Part shown: positions 57,367 through 64,000 of the stretch, in pieces
Position numbering within the stretch: position 1 is the first letter of the stretch
Layout of the letters: each line of letters begins with the position of its first letter
NCBI GenBank assembly: GCA_964016885.1
Contig: OZ024745.1
Coordinates: forward strand, 27,590,001 to 27,654,000
Direction: 5' to 3'
DNA: 64,000 bases
DNA from: Eledone cirrhosa
Taxonomy: Eukaryota
Translations under genes and position numbers: made by a program
Notes under the pieces: model-generated
The model's database searches: none
What the model saw: only the letters and a program-made list of their open reading frames with translations
Told to the model about the DNA's origin: nothing

Positions 57367-59550
57367 TTTTGCTAGGTTTTTGATATGAAACCGTGTGTCG
57401 AAACAAATATTGTTATACTTGGGGAGGGTCATATTTGTGTAATATTGCCAGAATTAATAACAGAACACACTCACTGTTTCGTTGGTTTTCGCTTTTCGCT
57501 TCTGTGTCTTTTATATCGGTAATCTAATTTATTCGGTCCTCAATGTTGCCATTGACTGACCAACGGTAAAAAATAATACAGATACAATATAGACACAAAC
57601 ACATATATATAGTTTATCAAAGTTCTTTCGTTGCACATCTGCAACATCGTCAGTGGTGCTATTGTTTCCTCCCGTTGCATTGTATTTTCTACGCCATCTT
57701 TATTTAGTCTGTTTATATATTTATTTATTAGTTTATTTTATTTTGTCTTTTTTGCGCATGCGTTTGCGTGTGTGTATAGTGTTTTGTTTGATGTGTGTTC
57801 GTGATTGGGTGACTGTGTATTGGTTAATGTATTCTATCTTTACTAGTGTGTGTTTATATGCGTTTGTTGTTATTGTGCTTGTGTATGTATTTATTTATTT
57901 ATTTATCTATTTATTTATTTATACTTCTCTTAGGTCAGTGTTGTTTGTTTGGGTGTTGTTGTTATTCCATTCATTCTTTCTGTTTAGCCTTGGCCTTCTA
58001 AGTTCTATTTCACTGGCCTCTCTGATTTGCCTATCTGCTGGATCATTTCTATGTTTAGATATTATTCTAATTTCTATGTTGTCTATGTTACCGTCGTGTT
58101 GTTGTCTGGCATGTTCGTATAGTACTGAACCGTTTTTTCGTCCTTTTAGTTCCCCCCCCCCAGTGTTGGTCTATCCTCTCACTTATGCTACGAGCTGTCT
58201 CGTCTATGTATGTTGTTGTCATTGTTCTGCAAGTACCCTCTGTACATCTTATGCTATAGACTACGTTTCTAGTTTTACAGTTTATCCGGGGTTTACCTTA
58301 CATATGATACATTTCCTATTAGTACAGTGGGTTTTCTTAAAAGGGTAGGTTTTGCTGATCAGGGATTTTATGGTGGTTCCTGGCTTTTCTACCACCTTAA
58401 TCTTTAAGTGGGTCTTTCTCAGGGCCTTTCTACACTGGTTAGCTAATTTTCCTCCAGGGGTAGCGTCCACAAACATGACACTCTGGTATCTCTGGTTGTC
58501 GTACCATGAGGTGGCTTTCCATATTTTATGTCTAGCCCTATCTAAGCTATTCCATGGCTCCTTCGTATACTCTGACTCTGTCTCTTTGGTTGTAGCCAGA
58601 GAACTGCATGCGGTTGATGAAGTGTTGGATGTGTCTTTCCATTTCTGTTGGGTCGCACATGCGGGACACATTCTTGATCACTCGTACCAAATCTGCGATA
58701 AGAATATTAAACTTAGCGCTACTGGACATTGCTGAGTTTTTGAGTATCAGGTATTTGGAGGCCATGGGTTTAGCATAGTGTGAGTGGAGAATTTGGGCTC
58801 TCTCGTCTATAGTGTTAATCCAGACTTCCGTGTCTAATACAGGTAGTCTATTGTTAGGGTGTTTGGAAGGGTAGTCGATAGTTACAGTTATACTCTGGTG
58901 TATGGAATTAGCTATCTGCTGGATGCTTTCCATTGTGCTACGTTCTAAATCAAACTTGTTAGTGCTCTCTAGTGGGGATGTTCTTATAACTATATTGATA
59001 TCGTCTACGTAACGAGAGTACATGAGAGTACATAAGAGAAGTATAAATAAATAAATAGATAAATAAATAAATAAATACATACACAAGCACAATAACAACA
59101 AACACATATAAACACACACTAGTAAAGATAGAATACATTAACCAATACACAGTCACCCAATCACGAACACACATCAAACAAAACACTATACACACACGCA
59201 AACGCATGCGCAATAAAGACAAAATAAAATAAACTAATAAATAAATATATAAACAGACTAAATAAAGATGGCGTAGAAAATACAATGCAACGGGAGGAAA
59301 CAATAGCACCACTGACGATGTTGCAGATGTGGAACGAAAGAACTTTGATAAACTATATATATGTGTTTGTGTCTATATTGTATCTGTATTATTTTTTACC
59401 GTTGGTCAGTCAATGGCAACATTGAGGACCGAATAAATTAGATTACCGATACAAAAGACACAGAAGCGAAAAGCGAAAACCAACGAAACAGTGAGTGTGT
59501 TCTGTTATTAATTCTGGCAATATTACACAAATATGACCCTCCCTAAGTAT

Positions 59551-59558
<8 letters not shown>
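57363..59558 (-). mobile_element. Penelope-like element, 5'-truncated, with a 526-bp inverted terminal repeat
   Basis: Minus strand YSRYVDDI, LPVLD, HYAKPMAS and FVDATPGG, then a frameshifted GIY-YIG (VVYSIRC...YIDETARS..ER..QH...RQIREA...LNRKNEW). Arms 57407-57932 and 59033-59558. (TA)n on both sides. Confidence 0.9.
57609..57662 (-). ncRNA. Hammerhead in the PLE terminal repeat (mirror copy at 59303-59356, plus)
   Basis: atag-cac-ca CTGACGA t-gttgca-gatg-tgcaac GAAA gaac TT tg-ataaa-ctat. Stems I and III are weak. Confidence 0.6.
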
Positions 59559-59612
<54 letters not shown>

Positions 59613-60039
59613 ACAATTTTTATGTTGTTTCGTTTCTGTTAACATCTCTGTTATTCCCAGGATAAAGGTTTACAGTCGCTGCGAGGATAATAGACAAACG
59701 TTAATTTGATAAAATGCAGGGACTTTAATTTCTGGTCAATATTCACCTCCGATTTCCATAATAGAACGCACAATTTCTTTATTCGGTTTCTTGTTTAATA
59801 TTGTCGGTTTATGTCCCTTTTTGGGAGTGAATTTTATACATGAATTAATCGCTTTTTGGGAAGTTTCCCTAAAGATACATTTTTAACTGTTTGTACTCTT
59901 TACTTTCCCAGCTAATGGTAGACATAAACCATTGACAGTATTTTGATGTTGATGGTTAACGCGACTACGATATGTAGTAGTCGAGGTAAAATCAGTTGTG
60001 ATACAGGGTGTCAAATTTGTCACCGACAGGACACTTTCA

Positions 60040-61270
60040 AGAGACTGCTTGTGTATCGGGGCACTACAGATATGATCTTCACTGTGCGGTAGATGCGGAG
60101 GATGTATGGGGGAGCAGTAGCATGATCTGTATAGTTTCTTCATTGATCTCATGAGGGCTTTTGATACCGTCAGTGAGTAAGCTTTAGGAATGTTCACTTG
60201 TGGATGGGATTCCCTGGCGGGTTTATGAAGCTTGTGCGTTCATTGCATGATGGCGTGGAGGCGTGGATTTGTGCTGGTGGTAGCCTCTTGGGGCCTTTCT
60301 GGTTGAGACAGACGTGAGACGAGGTGATTTGCTCGCTCCCAGTTAACGTGCCTATCTATACACAAAGCACTTTCAACTTCTGGTGGAGAAACACATCTCC
60401 ACTCTTCCTTATCCTCCCTACAGCCAAGATCTAGCTCCGTGTGATTTCTATATCTTTCATAAGTTGAATTTGAATTTGAAGAGTCGTCATTTTGAGACTG
60501 TCAAAAACATACAAAAAATTGTAACCGACGAGCTAAGGACACTCACAGAAAATGACTTTTGATACTGCTACGATCAATGGAAAAACGGAACCACTGTGAT
60601 TTCCCAAAGTTCGTATTTTCAAGGAGATAACTTGTAATTTTATGTACGTCTAATATACATTTCAATAAAACATAAATACCCTTACTTTTGTGAAAAACCC
60701 TCGTACGTTATTGAACAGCAGGAATGCTCTTTAATATCCGAAGATTCCTTGCCGCATCAAAAATATATACTTCACTGATGCGTGGACTTCTTTGAGCAGA
60801 CGACTACGATCTTGTTGGTCACACAGAGCGAGGGACCTTTCACTTCTGATGGACTGTTCATTGGCAACGTGTAGTGGGTTTGAGCTGACAATCGACTTGA
60901 AAAAGACAGTGGTGGTGTATCAACATGCACCCGGACAACCTATGATTCCACCATTCATGTCTGTCAGAGGGAGAATGTTGAAGATTGTGGATAGTTTAGT
61001 CTGCCTGGGTGGTTCTCTCTCTGGAGCAAGCACTCATGGTGGAGAGGTCAGCTACCGACTGTCTAACGCTTCCGATGCTTTTGGTAAGCTGGAGAAACAC
61101 CTGTGGTCACATTCAGATATCAGTGTGCGCACCAAAGTTGAAGTGTATCAAGCATGTGTGGACTGTGGGAATATCCAGCGCCTTGAACATTTCCACCAAC
61201 AATGCCTGTGTTCCATCCTCGAGATATCATGAAGGTCTCATACATAAGAAGCTGATGTGCTGCGGCAGGT
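60040..61270 (+). mobile_element. Decayed RTE LINE RT region, interrupted
   Basis: DMIFTVR and FIDLMRAFDTV, later GFELTIDLKKT, YRLSNASDAFGKL and TKVEVYQACV. Confidence 0.7.
60470..60705 (+). mobile_element. Mariner transposase 3' fragment with TIR
   Basis: LKSRHFETVKNIQKIVTDELRTLTENDF..CYDQWK. Ends ttacttttgtgaaaaaccctcgTA. Confidence 0.7.
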
Positions 61271-61507
61271 CTGTCTGCCAACCATCGGCGAGAGCGACAT
61301 CAATGTCACGTTTTTGCCAATGTCTGCTTTTCTTTTGTTTTCTAAGAAGGGGCCATAACATACACGAATTAGCCTCTCCACTAAGTATGAATGTATGTAT
61401 GATATGTATGTATGTATGAGTGCTACTGGTAACATGTAACCCAGTACAACCTGTCACATGGTCGGGTCGGCGGCGACTAAATCGGCAACCCCACCAAGTT
61501 TACTTGG

Positions 61508-61726
61508 TGAGGTGGGTGATTTTTCACACCCTGCAAGACAAAAAACAAAACCTGACAAAGGGCGGAAGAACTCATAAGGGTCAACGGCCATCCAAAAGTG
61601 TGTAAATATGTATATACACATATACATATGTATATGTGTATATACATATTTACACACTTATGAGTTCTTCCACCCTTTGTCAGGTTTTGTTTTTTGTCTT
61701 GCAGGGTGTGTAAAATCACCCTCCTC
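61508..61726. repeat. Nested inverted repeat
   Basis: Arms ~61508-61578 and ~61657-61726 with a central palindrome at ~61597-61658. Confidence 0.85.
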
Positions 61727-62379
61727 ATGTATAAGTATGTATAAGTATATGTGTATATACGTGGGTTCATGTGTATGTATATGCGCGGGGACATAGAAAT
61801 AATCGGGCTGGACACCCGATTGCGCGGTTAAACCACTGGGAGTGAAGGACCCGTAGCCTGTGTCAAGGCATTCTTCTAGGGGAAGGCAACTCAGGAAACT
61901 GGGATAACTCCGATATAAAACTTGCGGCTTAGTAGTTACCGATGATGTTGTTCTTTTCTTCTTTTCGGGTTATAGCTACTGTCGCTCAGAGAGTGGGATT
62001 GGCTCAGTGCACAGTCTTTCCTCACTTTAAAAAATATCTTCACGCACAGGCATTGCACGATAGAATTAATTAATAATTATTAATAATGGTATATCGTGCA
62101 ATGGCCATACTCGATAACGAGGGGGCAGCCATTATGTATGTATGTTCTTCTGGTTTTATAATTTCACAAATTTTTGCCAATAGAGATGGAGTCGGTTTCT
62201 AACATAGACACAAGACTCTCTCATTGGAATTTACACATGTATGTATGTATGTATGTATGTATGTATGTATGTATGTATGTATGTATGTATGTATGTATGT
62301 GTGTGTATGTGTGTGCGTGTGTGTGTGGTGAGTGTGTGTGTGTGTGTGTGTGTGTATGTAAACCGTCCAATGGACCAGA

Positions 62380-62975
62380 GTGGAAGAGGCACATGCCAGA
62401 CGTGTTCGGTCACATCTTAGTGGACGTCTACACCAACTGGCATCAGAACGTGGACATACACAGTTCTGTGAGTCGAAGAGTGATGGCGCTTCTTAGCAGT
62501 GATCTGGTTGGAGAAGTGCCGGCGTGCGTCTTCTCAAACGGATCTAGCCATGACAACCTTTAGCTAATGCGGTACATAATAGAGAGAGTAAATAAGGAAC
62601 CTGACAAAGGTGGGGCCCTGATCAACAGATCAATCGAAAGTTTTTGATAGAGTCTATTATCGCTATCTGGCAGCTGTCCTCCAAGCGGCCGGTTTCGATC
62701 CTGTCTTCAGGGTATGGACTGATACAGTGTTTAGCGACATCTGCTAACTGGTCAGAGGAAATGGCCACCTATCGGAGCCGTTCATTATCATATACTCGGT
62801 CTGTCAGTGATGTGTCCTCTCGTCTCATATTTATTCTTGAACCATCACTGCACAAGCTGGAGTTGGTGAGGAGCATCCAGCAGGAACTAGGATGCAGGAG
62901 ATTCATGTCGGTATATGTCATCGTCGTCACCTTAATGGCGTCGAACACGAAACATATCGATGTGTTTAGCAAATA
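62380..62975 (+). mobile_element. Older decayed relative of the Tx1/L1 LINE at 1-2290
   Basis: Colinear similarity to positions 1-700 (atgccagac.tgttcgg...gacgtctac..caactggca.cagaacg and catgacaacct). Confidence 0.75.
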
Positions 62976-63062
62976 TATAATACTCTAATAACTCTACTAA
63001 TTCAATCTCAGTGACTTTATATATAATACATACAGCTATATATAATATACTCTCACACACAC

Positions 63063-63109
<47 letters not shown>

Positions 63110-63784
63110 CCTTGCAATACCAGACAGCATAAATCCACTTTAATAGTAAACTTTCTGCAGTAAAATCATTAGCTGTATCTTTAATATGTTGCAATAATAA
63201 AATAGATTTCGCACACAAACTTGTATTTATCCGGTACCTTCTAATGATATTGCTGTGTAGAACAGGATTTGTTTTAAACAATAATTTAGTTTGTGAAGCA
63301 TTAATGATATATGAAATCATAATCAAGGAAAATGGGTAAATAGGTTGTTAAACCTGTCTCAAGATTATCAAACTGGTTGTGGAAAACACATCAATAATGT
63401 TTCGCAAACCTGTACTGCATTAAAATATATATAAATTAGCCAAATGAGAAAGTGAAAGTGGTGATTAACTGGAGGCCATTCCAAACTGGTGAGATTGAAG
63501 CGGATGTTGCCCAGCCTGAATATCTGTAATATAAGTGTCTGCGAGGATAAATATGAGCAGGAAGTGACTGATATTCTTGTGTGAATGTTTGCAACAAAGT
63601 GAACGAATTTTATGACTTAGTTAAATTATGAACAGCACCGAGTATAAATATTGTAGCCCCCCCCCTCTCCCCCCGGAGACTAGAGAGTAACTTAGACACC
63701 TCAACTCATGGGTTGTTGTTAACCATTCCTTCACGATCACTATACGTACCCCAAACAGGAGTCTGCTATATAAAGGGCATGTAT

Positions 63785-63814
<30 letters not shown>

Positions 63815-63816
<2 letters not shown>

Positions 63817-63940
63817 GAATTTCTTTTGCAAGGTTTTTTTTATATGAAATCGTGTGTTGAAACAAATATCGTTATATTTGAGGAGGGTCACGTTGTTATA
63901 ATATTGCCAAAAGTATATAATAAAACATACTCACTGTTTA
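63815..63940 (-). mobile_element. Terminal fragment of the 57-59 kb PLE family
   Basis: aggttttt..atatgaaatcgtgtgt.gaaacaaatat.gttata...ggagggtca matches 57370-57480. Confidence 0.7.
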
Positions 63941-64000
63941 CTTCGCCATACTAGAGCGAAAACTAATTTTGCTTTTAATGTCCGACTTGAAAATAATTAA

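Noticed and set aside
57653-58348. 231-aa hydrophobic ORF resembling a membrane protein
   Set aside because: It is antisense to the PLE GIY-YIG region and terminal repeat.
61440-62130. RTE-like 5' UTR possibly containing an HDV-like ribozyme
   Set aside because: Only a loose ctaggggaaggcaactc motif is visible, and I could not build the nested double pseudoknot.

Overview
AT-rich, microsatellite-dense eukaryotic DNA with no intact host gene. The SINE complement and (TA)n/(CA)n/(GA)n density suggest an octopus/cephalopod genome (inference). The window is a transposon graveyard: Tx1/L1-like LINE, Dong/R4-like element, RTE and CR1-like fragments, mariner MITEs, tandem Helitrons, two Penelope-like elements (PLEs), many tRNA-SINEs, a U6-SINE chimera and probable decayed cadherin repeats. 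The main signal is a dense set of type I hammerhead ribozyme (HHR) motifs, about 10 intact or near-intact plus several decayed, from several unrelated sequence families. They lie in PLE termini and in small non-coding tandem or inverted units such as a 316-bp retrozyme-like monomer. Most sit in (TA)n tracts and form fold-back structures, some with copied flanking DNA. This looks like a Penelope/retrozyme system that also builds palindromes at (TA)n sites. All calls were made by eye and coordinates are approximate. Most short ORFs in the track are microsatellite artefacts.
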